In this document: piece by piece, positions 1-10,293 of the stretch
Layout of the letters: each line of letters begins with the position of its first letter
How positions within the stretch are numbered: the first letter of the stretch is position 1
From: an uncultured virus (IMG/VR IMGVR_UViG_2061766007_000587)
Taxonomy: Duplodnaviria; Heunggongvirae; Uroviricota; Caudoviricetes
Direction: 5' to 3' (one strand)
IMG/VR virus record: IMGVR_UViG_2061766007_000587
DNA: 54,073 bases
Made by a program: the position numbers and the translations under genes
The notes under the pieces: model-generated
Database searches by the model: none
What the model saw: the letters and a program-made list of their open reading frames with translations, nothing else
What the model was told of the DNA's origin: nothing

Positions 1-816
1 CGTAAACGTGTTGTCGGTCAAGACGAAGCGTTGTCTGTGGTTGCGCGTGCTATACGTCGTTCGCGTGCTGGTTTGTCGGATCCGCGCAGACCATCAGGCA
101 GTTTCATGTTCCTTGGGCCAACTGGTGTTGGTAAAACCGAAGTTGCCAAAGCATTGGCAGAATATCTGTTCAATGATGATACAGCAATGACACGAATTGA
201 TATGTCTGAATATATGGAACCACATTCTGTTGCACGCTTGATTGGTGCACCTCCGGGATACGTTGGTTATGAACAAGGTGGCGAATTAACAGAATCTGTG
301 CGTCGCCGTCCATATCAAGTTTTGCTGTTTGATGAAATTGAAAAAGCAAACCCAGATGTGTTCAATGTGTTTTTGCAAATATTGGACGATGGTCGTTTGA
401 CAGATGGGCAGGGTCGCGTAGTCAATTTCACAAATACAATAATTATCATGACCAGCAATTTGCCAGACAAGGAATCTGTACGCAAACATTTCAGACCTGA
501 ATTCATTAATCGAATTGATGAAATAGTGTTCTTTAATCCGTTGGGCAAAGATGTTATGGCAGACATTGTGAAAATACAATTGCGTATATTGGAAAAACGT
601 TTGTCTGAACGTCAAATATCTTTGCAGGTTTCTGATAAAGCAATCAAATGGCTGGCAGATAATGGCTTTGATGGTGTGTTTGGTGCACGTCCGCTGAAAC
701 GTTTAATTACTACGGCAGTTGAAGACAAAATTGCAGATATGATTTTGTCTGGCAAGGTTGGCGAAGGCTCAACGGTCACAGTAGACACCCATGGTAAAGA
801 ATTGCTGATACAGTAA
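1..816 (+). CDS. clpB: ClpB chaperone, C-terminal part (NBD2 and D2-small); 5' end outside window
   Basis: Frame open from base 1 ([11 protein letters not shown]); Walker [26 protein letters not shown] pore loop, [16 protein letters not shown]. Confidence 0.92.
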   Translation, partial: RKRVVGQDEALSVVARAIRRSRAGLSDPRRPSGSFMFLGPTGVGKTEVAKALAEYLFNDDTAMTRIDMSEYMEPHSVARLIGAPPGYVGYEQGGELTESVRRRPYQVLLFDEIEKANPDVFNVFLQILDDGRLTDGQGRVVNFTNTIIIMTSNLPDKESVRKHFRPEFINRIDEIVFFNPLGKDVMADIVKIQLRILEKRLSERQISLQVSDKAIKWLADNGFDGVFGARPLKRLITTAVEDKIADMILSGKVGEGSTVTVDTHGKELLIQ

Positions 817-833
817 AACAAGAAAAAACATCA

Positions 834-860
834 AACGCCCACGATTGTGGGTGTTTTTTT
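834..860 (+). terminator. Intrinsic terminator after clpB
   Basis: Hairpin acgcccac-gatt-gtgggtgt followed by a T run. Confidence 0.75.
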
Positions 861-941
861 ATTTTTTGACTTGTTTTTTTGCCTGTTTTTGGTATAATCA
901 CGACTATAGATGAACAATTTGATTACACAAAAGGAAACAAA

Positions 942-1433
942 ATGAAAAAAGAACCGATAACAGTAGAAGAGATTAAAAAGGTATGGGATTTTGTTAAACA
1001 AACAGGCAAGACCCAAAAAGAATTTGATTTAGCATACAGTGTCGCTGGTGTTAGAGAAACAGTCAAAGATAAGAAAGTTGTTTTCCAAAAAGAACAACAA
1101 AGAGGGTTTCAGGATGAAAAAGCTCTTCGTATGTTTGGATCTATGTGTTTTGCATTAGCTGGATATTTAAAACCGAAAACCAAGGATTTGATAGCAACAC
1201 AATTGTCTTCAGAATATTTAAGATTGACAGGAAAACAATATGGTGGGCCAAGTGGGGGAATTGAATATATGAAATATATATACGACATAGAAGACGTTGA
1301 TTATGACAAACCAACCGTAAACAAATCGGATAAGATACGTGTTGCTCAGGTTGGGTTGGATACCAAAATAAAAACAGCAAAACCCGTTGGACTTTTTAGC
1401 ATGTTTGGACGTCGCGGAAAAGGTGATAAATAA
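942..1433 (+). CDS. Hypothetical protein
   Basis: ATG at 942 preceded by AAGGA; open to 1433; no recognisable motif. Confidence 0.7.
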   Translation: MKKEPITVEEIKKVWDFVKQTGKTQKEFDLAYSVAGVRETVKDKKVVFQKEQQRGFQDEKALRMFGSMCFALAGYLKPKTKDLIATQLSSEYLRLTGKQYGGPSGGIEYMKYIYDIEDVDYDKPTVNKSDKIRVAQVGLDTKIKTAKPVGLFSMFGRRGKGDK

Positions 1434-1444
1434 AACAGTAATGC

Positions 1445-1473
1445 AAAAACACCCACAATCGTGGGTGTTTTTT
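1445..1473 (+). terminator. Intrinsic (bidirectional) terminator
   Basis: aaaaacacccac-aatc-gtgggtgtttttt. Confidence 0.75.
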
Positions 1474-1584
1474 GTATAAAAAATTATGGTCTATGCAAAC
1501 CGATGGTTTTATAAAATAATGTCTTGGTTGAAAACACTTAAAAAGGTGTTATAATTTTATCAAAAGATAAAAGAGGATAAAAAA

Positions 1585-2757
1585 ATGGACGAATATAGTA
1601 ATGTATTTAGGATTAACAAAGGTGCAAAAACAGAAAAGCAACCAGTAAAAAAAATACCAGATTTTTCTGACAAAGATAAAGAACTTGGTGCGCATGATTT
1701 CAAGGTTTACAGCACCGATATTTCTGATTTAGATTTACGTACGGCTGGGGATAAAATCAATTACATACGATTTGATACAAACACGATATTCCCATCAGCT
1801 GATAAAATGCCAGACGATTTTGACCCTACAAAAATAATAGAAGAAAACAAAAATCCAGGTCTTGGAATTCGTGATTTGCATAAACGCGGAATTACAGGTA
1901 AAGGGATAACTGTTGCAATTATAGATCAATCTTTGAATACCCAACATGTTGAAATTAAAAACAGTATAATTCATTATGAATCTATTGGTTATCCAGAAAA
2001 TGCCTCTGCGGATTTTCATGGTACGGCTGTATCTAGTTTGTTGGCTGGTGAAACACTTGGGGTTGCACCAGATGCCAAAATTGTATATTTTGCAGCAAAT
2101 AATCTTGGACCGGGATACGATGGCGAAAAACCTTTTAACAATGGTACATACGATCTTTATTTTGCCAATTACGCGGATGCATTACGTAAAATACTGCTTA
2201 TGAATACGAAGTTACCAAAAGATAAACAAATATCTGCTGTTTCAATCAGTTGGGGAATGCTACATGTAAATGAAGAATGTACAAAAATGATAAATCAATT
2301 AATAGAAAATGGTGTTATGGTTTTGACCACGAATTCTTACATGTTTTATGGGGACAAGGGCAGGTTTATGACGATTGATAAAAAAATAAATTCTGATGCA
2401 GATAACATTGAATCGTATAACAGTGGTTTTTGGCGGAATAATTTTGAAAAAGTAAAAAATAGATTGTTGGTACCTGCTGGTGGTCGGACGATTGCAGGGT
2501 ACCAAGATGATGCTCAGTATATTTACTGTGGTGCTAATGGTGGAATGTCTTGGGCAACACCGTATATGGTTGGTGTTTATGCACTGGCAAAGCAAGTTAT
2601 GCCGAATCTTACACCCCAACATTTTTTTGATGTTGCGCGTCAAGTTGGGACTTCAAGTGATAAACTAGGCGATAATATCATTATTCAGCCAAAAAACATT
2701 GTGAAATGTTTACAAGATGAATTGTATTTGCAAAAACAATCAGTCAATAACAGATAA
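1585..2757 (+). CDS. Subtilisin-like S8 family serine protease, no evident signal peptide
   Basis: Catalytic triad motifs GKGITVAIID, FHGTAVSSLLAG, GMSWATP. Confidence 0.88.
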   Translation: MDEYSNVFRINKGAKTEKQPVKKIPDFSDKDKELGAHDFKVYSTDISDLDLRTAGDKINYIRFDTNTIFPSADKMPDDFDPTKIIEENKNPGLGIRDLHKRGITGKGITVAIIDQSLNTQHVEIKNSIIHYESIGYPENASADFHGTAVSSLLAGETLGVAPDAKIVYFAANNLGPGYDGEKPFNNGTYDLYFANYADALRKILLMNTKLPKDKQISAVSISWGMLHVNEECTKMINQLIENGVMVLTTNSYMFYGDKGRFMTIDKKINSDADNIESYNSGFWRNNFEKVKNRLLVPAGGRTIAGYQDDAQYIYCGANGGMSWATPYMVGVYALAKQVMPNLTPQHFFDVARQVGTSSDKLGDNIIIQPKNIVKCLQDELYLQKQSVNNR

Positions 2758-2767
2758 TGGTGATAAC

Positions 2768-3604
2768 ATGGCACTAATTATGGATGGAATTGCTTTGCGT
2801 AATCGCATTTTAAATGAACTACAAGCGCGTATCAAAGAAGCAGGTTTGCAACCAAAATTGGTGGCGATATTGGTTGGTGATGACGCGGCCAGCAAAATAT
2901 ACGTTCGCAACAAAGAAAAATATGCGGCTATTGCAGGCATTAAAACAGATGTTATTCGTATGCCTTTTGATACAGATACAAAAACGTTGGTTGAAAAAAT
3001 ACACGAATTAAATGCTGATAAATCTGTGACTGCTGTGTTGGTTCAATTACCTTTACCAAAGCATATTGATACAAATGCTGTGATAAATGCTGTTGATGTA
3101 TCCAAAGATGTTGATGGTTTTACTAATGCAAACATTGGTCGTATGTTTGGTCCTGGTGCTGATTTTGTTATGCCATGCACACCACGTGGTATTATGGCGC
3201 TTTTGGACGAATACAAAATAAATATCGCTGGTAAAAAGGCTGTTGTAATTGGTCGTTCGAATATTGTCGGTAAACCAATGGCGCAAATTTTAATGTCGCA
3301 CAATGCAACAGTCACTATTTGCCACAGTCAGACACCAAATATCGCAGAATATACCAGAAACGCAGATATTATAATCGCAGCAACTGGCAAAATAAAGATA
3401 ACTGGCGATATGTTGAAACCCGGCGCTGTGTTGATAGATGTTGGAATGCAACGCGATGAAAACGGTAATTTACATGGCGATTGTGATTTTGAATCTTGTG
3501 CAGATGTCGCGGGTTATATAACACCAACACCTGGGGGCACAGGCCCAATGACAATCGCTGGTTTAATGATGAACACAGTCGATTTAGCACAAAAATATCA
3601 ATAA
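2768..3604 (+). CDS. folD: Methylenetetrahydrofolate dehydrogenase/cyclohydrolase
   Basis: YVRNK, LVQLPLP, KDVDGF, PCTPRG, VIGRSNIVGKP, ITPTPGGTGPMT. Confidence 0.97.
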   Translation: MALIMDGIALRNRILNELQARIKEAGLQPKLVAILVGDDAASKIYVRNKEKYAAIAGIKTDVIRMPFDTDTKTLVEKIHELNADKSVTAVLVQLPLPKHIDTNAVINAVDVSKDVDGFTNANIGRMFGPGADFVMPCTPRGIMALLDEYKINIAGKKAVVIGRSNIVGKPMAQILMSHNATVTICHSQTPNIAEYTRNADIIIAATGKIKITGDMLKPGAVLIDVGMQRDENGNLHGDCDFESCADVAGYITPTPGGTGPMTIAGLMMNTVDLAQKYQ

Positions 3605-3823
3605 CACATTTAGCATAATGCTGTTTTCAATCTGGTGTGAATTTTTCAAGTAATATTGGCAAAGATATAAAATATAACAAATCTTGAAAATATTAAATAT
3701 TTTATAAAATGCGCTTTTAATTAGGTTTGTTTTCTTGTTGTGGTTGTATATGTTGATTTTGTTCTTGCATAATGATAATATACACAATTGTATTTTAGAA
3801 AACATAACCAAGGAGAGAATAAC

Positions 3824-4060
3824 ATGAATCATGAACAAATCTGGCATGCTATAGATATGTTTGCCAAGGAACATCATATGTCTTGTTCTGGATTGGCAAA
3901 ATGTAGTGGTTTGGATCCTACAATTTTCAATAAAAGTAAAAGATTTTCTAAATATGAACAACCGCGTTGGCCATCAACAAACAGTATTGCCAAAATAATT
4001 AGCGCTACAAATTCTACACCCCAAGACTTTTTCAAATTCATAAACAATGACGATGTGTAA
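3824..4060 (+). CDS. Small HTH transcriptional regulator; resembles the N-terminal domain of alphaproteobacterial S24 repressors but lacks the peptidase domain
   Basis: HEQIWHAIDMFA...SGLAKCSGLDPTIFNKSKR...PRWPSTNSIAKI; RBS AGGAG. Confidence 0.8.
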   Translation: MNHEQIWHAIDMFAKEHHMSCSGLAKCSGLDPTIFNKSKRFSKYEQPRWPSTNSIAKIISATNSTPQDFFKFINNDDV

Positions 4061-4480
4061 AACCAGAAACACTAAGACACAGCGGGATATTGTATGATAC
4101 AGTTTTACGATGATAAAATTGTTCGCCGGTATAAATTTGAAAAAATCAGTTTTTATATCTCAAGATGTATCCCAAAAATGCAAAAAATATATCTGGTATA
4201 AACAAAATCGTATAAAAATCCGTGTGCCAGCAAAAAATAAAGTCCCAGAAATCTGGCTTTTTGTGCTAGTGACACACGAAATCAGCAATCTGTGTGTTAA
4301 ACGGTATAATGCGTTGATTTTTGTATAAAAATGATAATTTTGCGTTTGGTGGCATACACACATCATTGATGTTCAAGAAAATGTTATACTTGCTGCGTCT
4401 TCGTGTTGGTAGAAAAAATAAAAACTTGACTTTTTTACAAAAAGGCATACAATTATCACAACGGAGCATTTGTATAAGGA

Positions 4481-5422
4481 ATGGCGAATAATATTGATTT
4501 TGGGAAGGTTGTCACGGCTATGGTTACGCCGTTTTTAGATGACGACAATAATACAGTCGATTATTCTGGTGTGGAAAAGTTGGCTAATCATTTATTACAA
4601 AACGGCACAGACACTCTTTTATTAGTTGGTTCAACAGGGGAAGCAGCACAGTTAACCCCAAAAGAAAAACAAGAAATCGTTAAAACTGTTCGCCAAAATA
4701 CACCTAAAAACACAAGAATAATTGTTTCCACAGGTGACACGAACACCAAGCGTGTTATTGAAAAATCTAATCATGCTTTTGATATTGGCGCAGATGCCGT
4801 GTTAATAAGTGTTCCAGAATACATAAAACCGCCACAAAAAGATTTATATGCTCATTTTTCAAATGTGGCAAAATCTGTGTCTAATAAACCGATCTTTATT
4901 TATAATATTCCATCGCGCACTGGTACGGAAATTTTGCCAGATACAATCGTGCATTTGGCATACAATAATCCAAATATCATCGGCATAAAACAAAGTATGC
5001 CTGATTTAGACAAAGTTAGTGAAATCCGCACAAGATGCCCAGCAACATTTCAAATTTATTCTGGTGACGATAGTTTGACTTTGCCTATGCTATCTTTGGG
5101 GGCAAAGGGTGTAGTAAGTGTTGCATCGCATTTGGTGGGCGACATGATTAATCAAATGATAACGAATTTTAGTTCAAATCCGATGCTTTCACAACAATAT
5201 CATCAAACGCTATTTCCGCTATTTAAATCATTGTTTATGACAACAAACCCAATTCCAATAAAACAGGCTTTATATAATATGAATCTGATCTCTTCGCCAG
5301 TCTTGCGGACGCTTGGTACAATGACCAATCAAGATCAAGAAAAATTAAATACCGCTTTGAAAGAATTTGAATTTCAAAGGAACAAAACTTTAAACGCACA
5401 GTCCATTAAAACCCGCGCATAG
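4481..5422 (+). CDS. dapA: 4-hydroxy-tetrahydrodipicolinate synthase
   Basis: TAMVTPF, GSTGE, IYNIPSRTG, IIGIKQS (Schiff-base Lys), YSGDD, TNPIPIK. Confidence 0.95.
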   Translation: MANNIDFGKVVTAMVTPFLDDDNNTVDYSGVEKLANHLLQNGTDTLLLVGSTGEAAQLTPKEKQEIVKTVRQNTPKNTRIIVSTGDTNTKRVIEKSNHAFDIGADAVLISVPEYIKPPQKDLYAHFSNVAKSVSNKPIFIYNIPSRTGTEILPDTIVHLAYNNPNIIGIKQSMPDLDKVSEIRTRCPATFQIYSGDDSLTLPMLSLGAKGVVSVASHLVGDMINQMITNFSSNPMLSQQYHQTLFPLFKSLFMTTNPIPIKQALYNMNLISSPVLRTLGTMTNQDQEKLNTALKEFEFQRNKTLNAQSIKTRA

Positions 5423-5589
5423 ATTTTAATCTTTTTATGCGGTTTTCAACCGAAGGATGGCTTTCAGCCAACCCTGCAAACATACGTTTTTTATCCAAAG
5501 TGTTTGCAATACAAATATTCCCTATTAATTTGCACTTGTTCAAAGATTCAACGCGCGGGTCAACGCTGATTTTTGTAACGCAGAAATCT
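5406..5589 (-). pseudogene. htpX: C-terminal remnant of HtpX/M48 zinc protease
   Basis: Minus strand reads ISALQK then, after a 1-nt frameshift in an A run, KISVDPRVESL...CIAN...SHPSVENRIKRL; no N-terminal part or HEXXH upstream. Confidence 0.6.
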
Positions 5590-5764
5590 ACGGAAAATTG
5601 GCTCAGATGTATAAACATAGGTCGTACAAGAGACATCTTAGATTTACTTAGCCTGGGTAAAAGCATTGAAAAGATTTTGCAGCGTTATCCGGTGTAGATA
5701 TGTCAACCTAGCAGAACTCAGGCAAAATCGTCAAAATGACACTATCGCCACTCATCTGCTTAAC

Positions 5765-5783
5765 TGACATACGGATTAACAGT
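5765..5783 (-). repeat. att-like copy of the tRNA-Asn anticodon loop and 3' side (left island boundary)
   Basis: tgacatacggattaacagt is identical to 40413-40431. Confidence 0.85.
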
Positions 5784-6013
5784 ATTAGAACTACTGTAAG
5801 CTATTGCAAAAAATCATATAAGTGATGTTATAAAGAAACGCCCGTAAATCAATGCTTTTTTATGTGTTTTTGTTGTTTGGAAAACAATATTTTTGAAACA
5901 GGTTTTTTACAATGGAAATGTCGTTTTATTGTCATTAATGAATATTTATTAATGGGGCTAGTTGGATTCTGGTAGGATTGAAAAAACTACTTGTCACCAT
6001 AATAGCTTGTAAG

Positions 6014-7726
6014 CTATCTATAAATTAAGAAGCCGGCCGTACCATTTGTTTTTTTAATAGCGTTTTCCAGTCTTTTTATAGTTATTTCCTCAATGTATTT
6101 GAATCCTTCTTTTGCTTCTTCGGACTTCTCGATGACCTTTTCATGCCTTTGTGCCAAAATCCAAGTACGTTTGCCTTCTGAGCCGTCCGCTTGATTTGCC
6201 TGTATTACTGAAGCCGCTGTTGTACCACTACCAGCAAAAAAATCTCCAATAACTGCAGATTTTCTATTGTTTATGAGACGGATGAGTAGATCCGTAAGTT
6301 TTTGCGGCTTTTTCCCACCATAAAAAGTTACACCACCTTCCTTTTGTATTCTGACCCGTTCTGACCGTAGATCGAACACATTACCAAGTATATGTCCATT
6401 TTCTATGGTTCCGTCTTCATTTACGATTAGTTTATCAAAAAAGCGTTTAAAGTGGTATACGACGCCGTTTCTTGTTTTTTCAAATAACTTACCGTCATAT
6501 TCAAAAACTTTGTCTGTAGGGGCGTTTAAATCGCTAGGAAGAGGGTTTGAGCGAGGTGCCGTTGCTTTGAATAGATTTTTAGCCAAATCATTGTGCAAAT
6601 ATTCTTGAAACTCGACATCAATATCTGCAAGATTTGATATATTGGTTGCTTTTACATCAAGGTTGTGTTTTTGAAATAGTTTTACGATCTTTGGCTGTTT
6701 TTTAAGGTAATCGATCAATGGCGTTTTTTTATACACTGGTTTTCCCGGGGTGACTTGCTCTAAAAAAACGTTAAAGCCTTCGGTATATTTTTTACTAGAA
6801 GATTCGTATAAACGTTGTAAGTTATTTACTTTAGTATGATCGAAGCAATACAATAACAAAAATGAAGTGGTGTTGGGTAACCTGTAAGAAGTATAGCCAG
6901 ATACGGGACCTGCTGTTTCACTCGTAATTACAGTGACGATCGATAAGCATTGTTCCGGACCATAAATCTCGTCCATTAACATTTTCAAAGAAGCAAGATG
7001 ATGGCATGAAATACTGACTGCAATTAGTCCGTCAGGTTTCAATAATTGTCTAGAAAGGTGTAATATGGGATATTGTTCTTTTAGAAAGTCGCATTCTCCT
7101 TCAAATTGACTGGAATCCAAATAAGGTTGTGTGGATCTCGTAGCCGGTGCATCGTACAATACATCCAAATAAATTAAATCAAACTTAATGCCTTCTTTTA
7201 AGAGTTTTTTAGCCACAAGGACATTATCTTCAATATACAAACGGTTCTTTGTATCATTGGTTTTCGTATTGTGTGAGTTGTCTACTTGAAATTCCTTTGT
7301 AACTGGTGTTTTAAGCAATTTTTCTGCAATATCACGTCCATTGAATTCCAAAAATACACCTTCAGAATTTTGAGTCTTTGTGCTGTTATTTTTGACATCT
7401 TCCATTAACATAGGCTTTGTTCTATAGATGTATTTGTGAGCACCTTTTTTGTTAGGATCCAAAGGTGATATTATAGTTTTTTTCATTCCTATAAGTTTGT
7501 TGATGGCTTTAGTTATGTTTTGTCTTGAAATACCAGTTTTTTTGACCAAGCTTGCCACATTTTGCATTGGGTTTTCACAAAAGGCATCAAAAATCTTCAA
7601 TATAGTATCATGGTATTTGAATTCTTTTTTCAGTTTCTCCCGATCCTGGTTTATAATTTTTTGACCCAGGTTTGATATACGTTTCCTGGCAGTGCCCATA
7701 CTGATGTTTTTTCTTTCTTCTGACAT
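6014..7726 (-). CDS. Mod-like (beta-class) DNA methyltransferase with N-terminal winged HTH and degenerate motif IV
   Basis: LYIEDNVLV, FDLIYLDVLY (DPPY position), GKKPQKL, DFFAGSGTTA; N-terminal LVKKTGISRQNITKAINKL HTH. Confidence 0.8.
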   Translation of the reverse strand: MSEERKNISMGTARKRISNLGQKIINQDREKLKKEFKYHDTILKIFDAFCENPMQNVASLVKKTGISRQNITKAINKLIGMKKTIISPLDPNKKGAHKYIYRTKPMLMEDVKNNSTKTQNSEGVFLEFNGRDIAEKLLKTPVTKEFQVDNSHNTKTNDTKNRLYIEDNVLVAKKLLKEGIKFDLIYLDVLYDAPATRSTQPYLDSSQFEGECDFLKEQYPILHLSRQLLKPDGLIAVSISCHHLASLKMLMDEIYGPEQCLSIVTVITSETAGPVSGYTSYRLPNTTSFLLLYCFDHTKVNNLQRLYESSSKKYTEGFNVFLEQVTPGKPVYKKTPLIDYLKKQPKIVKLFQKHNLDVKATNISNLADIDVEFQEYLHNDLAKNLFKATAPRSNPLPSDLNAPTDKVFEYDGKLFEKTRNGVVYHFKRFFDKLIVNEDGTIENGHILGNVFDLRSERVRIQKEGGVTFYGGKKPQKLTDLLIRLINNRKSAVIGDFFAGSGTTAASVIQANQADGSEGKRTWILAQRHEKVIEKSEEAKEGFKYIEEITIKRLENAIKKTNGTAGFLIYR

Positions 7727-7874
7727 GTTTCATAGTATATCACAAGATCGTTACAAATTCTACAATTTTGTCACGAGGGAAAGATGTTCAGAAATTTCCT
7801 ACAAAATACGTTTTTATCATATGTGTAGTTCTATACATTAACCATATCATCTATCAAGAAAGGAACCAATAGCC

Positions 7875-8069
7875 ATGATAATGAAACCTGAATACTCACC
7901 AGAAAAAATATCTTTACTTTCTCTTGCCGAAACTGCAGAACTTCTAAATATACGACCAGATACCTTGCGGCACTGGTCGTATAGAAATTATTTTCCACAA
8001 CTAAAACCGGTTAAGATCGGTGGTCGTATTTTTTATAAATATTCTTGTATCAATGCATTGTTGAAATAA
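7875..8069 (+). CDS. Excisionase/AlpA-like HTH protein
   Basis: LLSLAETAELLNIRPDTLRHW...KIGGRIFY. Confidence 0.75.
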   Translation: MIMKPEYSPEKISLLSLAETAELLNIRPDTLRHWSYRNYFPQLKPVKIGGRIFYKYSCINALLK

Positions 8070-8086
8070 TTTTTTTATTTGAAACA

Positions 8087-8803
8087 TTATATATCATCTG
8101 GTACGTTAAATTGCAGGAAAACATCTAAAGCATTTCTCTTTGTGTTTAACCAATTTTGATCTAAATATCGAACATAATTCGAGAGTCGTTTAGGTTTTTC
8201 TTTTACATGAAACAATGATTCCAGAGTATGTATAGTATTTCCCTCATCATGGGTCAAATCTTCGTTATATTTTTGATTCTTAATCACAAATAGAGAAATT
8301 CCTTCTTGTTTGGTTACTGGTTCTATATCAATAACTTCTTCCTCAAAATGATTGCTATCAATAACTTTCTGAATTGATAAACAGATTTGATAAACGAACG
8401 CTTCGCTTAAGGTATCTGCTTTTATTAGGAGGTAGAAAACCCAAGTTCGAGATTCTGTTTTTTGAAACGAACCTATGAAGGGTAATGGTCTTTCTTTCCA
8501 TTGATTAATGTTACCACCTAAGAATTCTATTTCGATTTCTTTGATTAGGTTTCTGTATTCTTCTAATGATTGATAGTAATTTTCTGTTGTTACGTGGCGG
8601 TCACGCCACTCTGGTAACTTCAAAGTTACCAGTATTGGAAGGTTATCCTTCATGAAGAATTCGTTTACCCAGGCTAATTGCATTTTATTAGGCTTATAAC
8701 CGCCGCATCGAAATGCGGCTTTTGGATCTTCGGGTAAATCCTCAGATCCGAGCAATTGGAAGAAGTTGATGTATCTCTGAAATGCTTTAGCTTCTGTACA
8801 CAT
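8087..8803 (-). CDS. Hypothetical protein
   Basis: 238-aa ORF with upstream GAGG RBS. Confidence 0.65.
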   Translation of the reverse strand: MCTEAKAFQRYINFFQLLGSEDLPEDPKAAFRCGGYKPNKMQLAWVNEFFMKDNLPILVTLKLPEWRDRHVTTENYYQSLEEYRNLIKEIEIEFLGGNINQWKERPLPFIGSFQKTESRTWVFYLLIKADTLSEAFVYQICLSIQKVIDSNHFEEEVIDIEPVTKQEGISLFVIKNQKYNEDLTHDEGNTIHTLESLFHVKEKPKRLSNYVRYLDQNWLNTKRNALDVFLQFNVPDDI

Positions 8804-9025
8804 GTTTTAGGTTCCTCATAGACTCTTTAACCTCGGATAGTTTTACCTGAGGTTTCAAATGATGATGATACATCTCTCGTTTTTTTTGTGAAAACCGAAA
8901 GAACGGACAATCACACAAGAGATTTATATTTTATATATGGATAGAACTGTTTCTTTCATGATAAATATAATCATTTTTGAATAGTTTGCACGTTTAATGT
9001 TTGATTAATAGAAATTTAGTTTTAG

Positions 9026-9049
9026 AAAACCCCGAAATACGGGGTTTTT
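9026..9049 (-). terminator. Intrinsic terminator
   Basis: aaaaccccg-aaata-cggggttttt. Confidence 0.7.
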
Positions 9050-9050
9050 G

Positions 9051-9278
9051 TTATGATTCAAATCCATGTTTGTAGTTCATCAGGGCTCCTGCTTGTTTTG
9101 GGGTAAGCGGCTTTCCAGATTCCCACCAATCCAGAATCCCCTTGATACTTGGATAGACCATTAAGCCGTTCTCTTCTGCTTGCTGCACAAGGTTTCTAAA
9201 ATACTCGGGGCCTAAATTTTTTACCTCATCTATTTCCCAAGAAGCGTTGTTGTTTTCACTAGGTGTGTTATATTCCAT
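9051..9278 (-). CDS. Hypothetical protein
   Basis: ORF starting MEYNTPS directly after the HTH gene, GGAG RBS. Confidence 0.6.
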   Translation of the reverse strand: MEYNTPSENNNASWEIDEVKNLGPEYFRNLVQQAEENGLMVYPSIKGILDWWESGKPLTPKQAGALMNYKHGFES

Positions 9279-9279
9279 T

Positions 9280-9465
9280 TCAAACTCCCATTGGTGCAAT
9301 TTGAATTGTATGAGCAGCTATGTATTTATCTAGGGTGCTCTTTGAATAGCAAATTTTCCTCCCATCTTTAAAATATGGAAGATCTTCCTTTGTACCTTTA
9401 CTTCTGTATACCGCCAATACTGCGGGGGTGGTCCCTAAGTATTTAGCGGCTTCAGCGGTACTCAT
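9280..9465 (-). CDS. Excisionase-like HTH DNA-binding protein (start may lie in the N gap)
   Basis: MSTAEAAKYLGTTPAVLAVYRSKG...PYFKDGRKICYSKSTLDKYI. Confidence 0.8.
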   Translation of the reverse strand: MSTAEAAKYLGTTPAVLAVYRSKGTKEDLPYFKDGRKICYSKSTLDKYIAAHTIQIAPMGV

Positions 9466-9669
9466 TANNNNNNNNNNNNNNNNNNNNNNNNNNNNNNNNN
9501 NTCCTTATTATTATTGCAGTTTTTTCGCTTCTGCAACTGTTGTCAAAAAAACAAAACCGATGATTCGGCCCTGTTTTGTCTACAGAAGTTACTTTACAGC
9601 AGTAAAAAGTAAAAGTCAAGAAATAAATATTTTCTTTAGTTACAACACCATTATAAACGTGCTTTACAC

Positions 9670-10293
9670 TCAAGCAAAATAAGCTTCAGTTGTTTGTTTA
9701 TATTTATCTTCTATTCGCTTTTTGTCTTTATTCAAACCATCTATCAATCTACGATATTTTGATTGTGCTTCAAAAATTCCTGTAGCAATTTTACGTTGTT
9801 CTTCAAGGTCTTTTTTGGGTATAGATACAGAAGATAAGCAATCTCTAGTCAACAATCTTACACTAGGTTTTTTGCCACTATGTATTTTTTCTCGTTCTTG
9901 TCGTTCCATTATATCCTGGAATTCACGCTCAAAAAAGAAATTAATGAAGCCGGACACATATTCTGGAAGATAATCTTTTTGTTTTAAACGTACAATAAAC
10001 AATCCCGAATTCGCAATAACTGGACCATGTCGCAACCACTCTTCTTTTACAACCATTGATACGAATTTATGTCTAATTGTGCATATAATATCACCAGGAT
10101 GTAACAATCTATCATTAATCATACTAACTCTGTGCGATCTTACAGTTACAGCTTCTTCTATACTTTCTGAAAAAACTTCTTTTGGTTGTATAACAAGTAT
10201 TTCTCCATTTGGGTCAAAAGGGACTTTTCCTCGGAAATCTCTACCAAGGCTTATGTCTGATATTTTACCCAATGTTTCAAATTTTGACATCAA
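9670..10293 (-). CDS. Single-TRD HsdS-like (restriction specificity subunit half) protein
   Basis: LGKISDISLG, LHPGDII, YLPEYV, IPKKDLEEQRKI plus C-terminal coiled coil, the layout of one S-subunit repeat. Confidence 0.7.
   Translation of the reverse strand: MMSKFETLGKISDISLGRDFRGKVPFDPNGEILVIQPKEVFSESIEEAVTVRSHRVSMINDRLLHPGDIICTIRHKFVSMVVKEEWLRHGPVIANSGLFIVRLKQKDYLPEYVSGFINFFFEREFQDIMERQEREKIHSGKKPSVRLLTRDCLSSVSIPKKDLEEQRKIATGIFEAQSKYRRLIDGLNKDKKRIEDKYKQTTEAYFA

Noticed and set aside
3760..3790. dif site (GCATAA-N6)
   Set aside because: The XerD arm does not match TTATGTTAAAT
4061..4480. Short ORFs or ncRNA upstream of dapA
   Set aside because: No RBS-supported ORF, only one weak hairpin, and no recognisable lysine riboswitch
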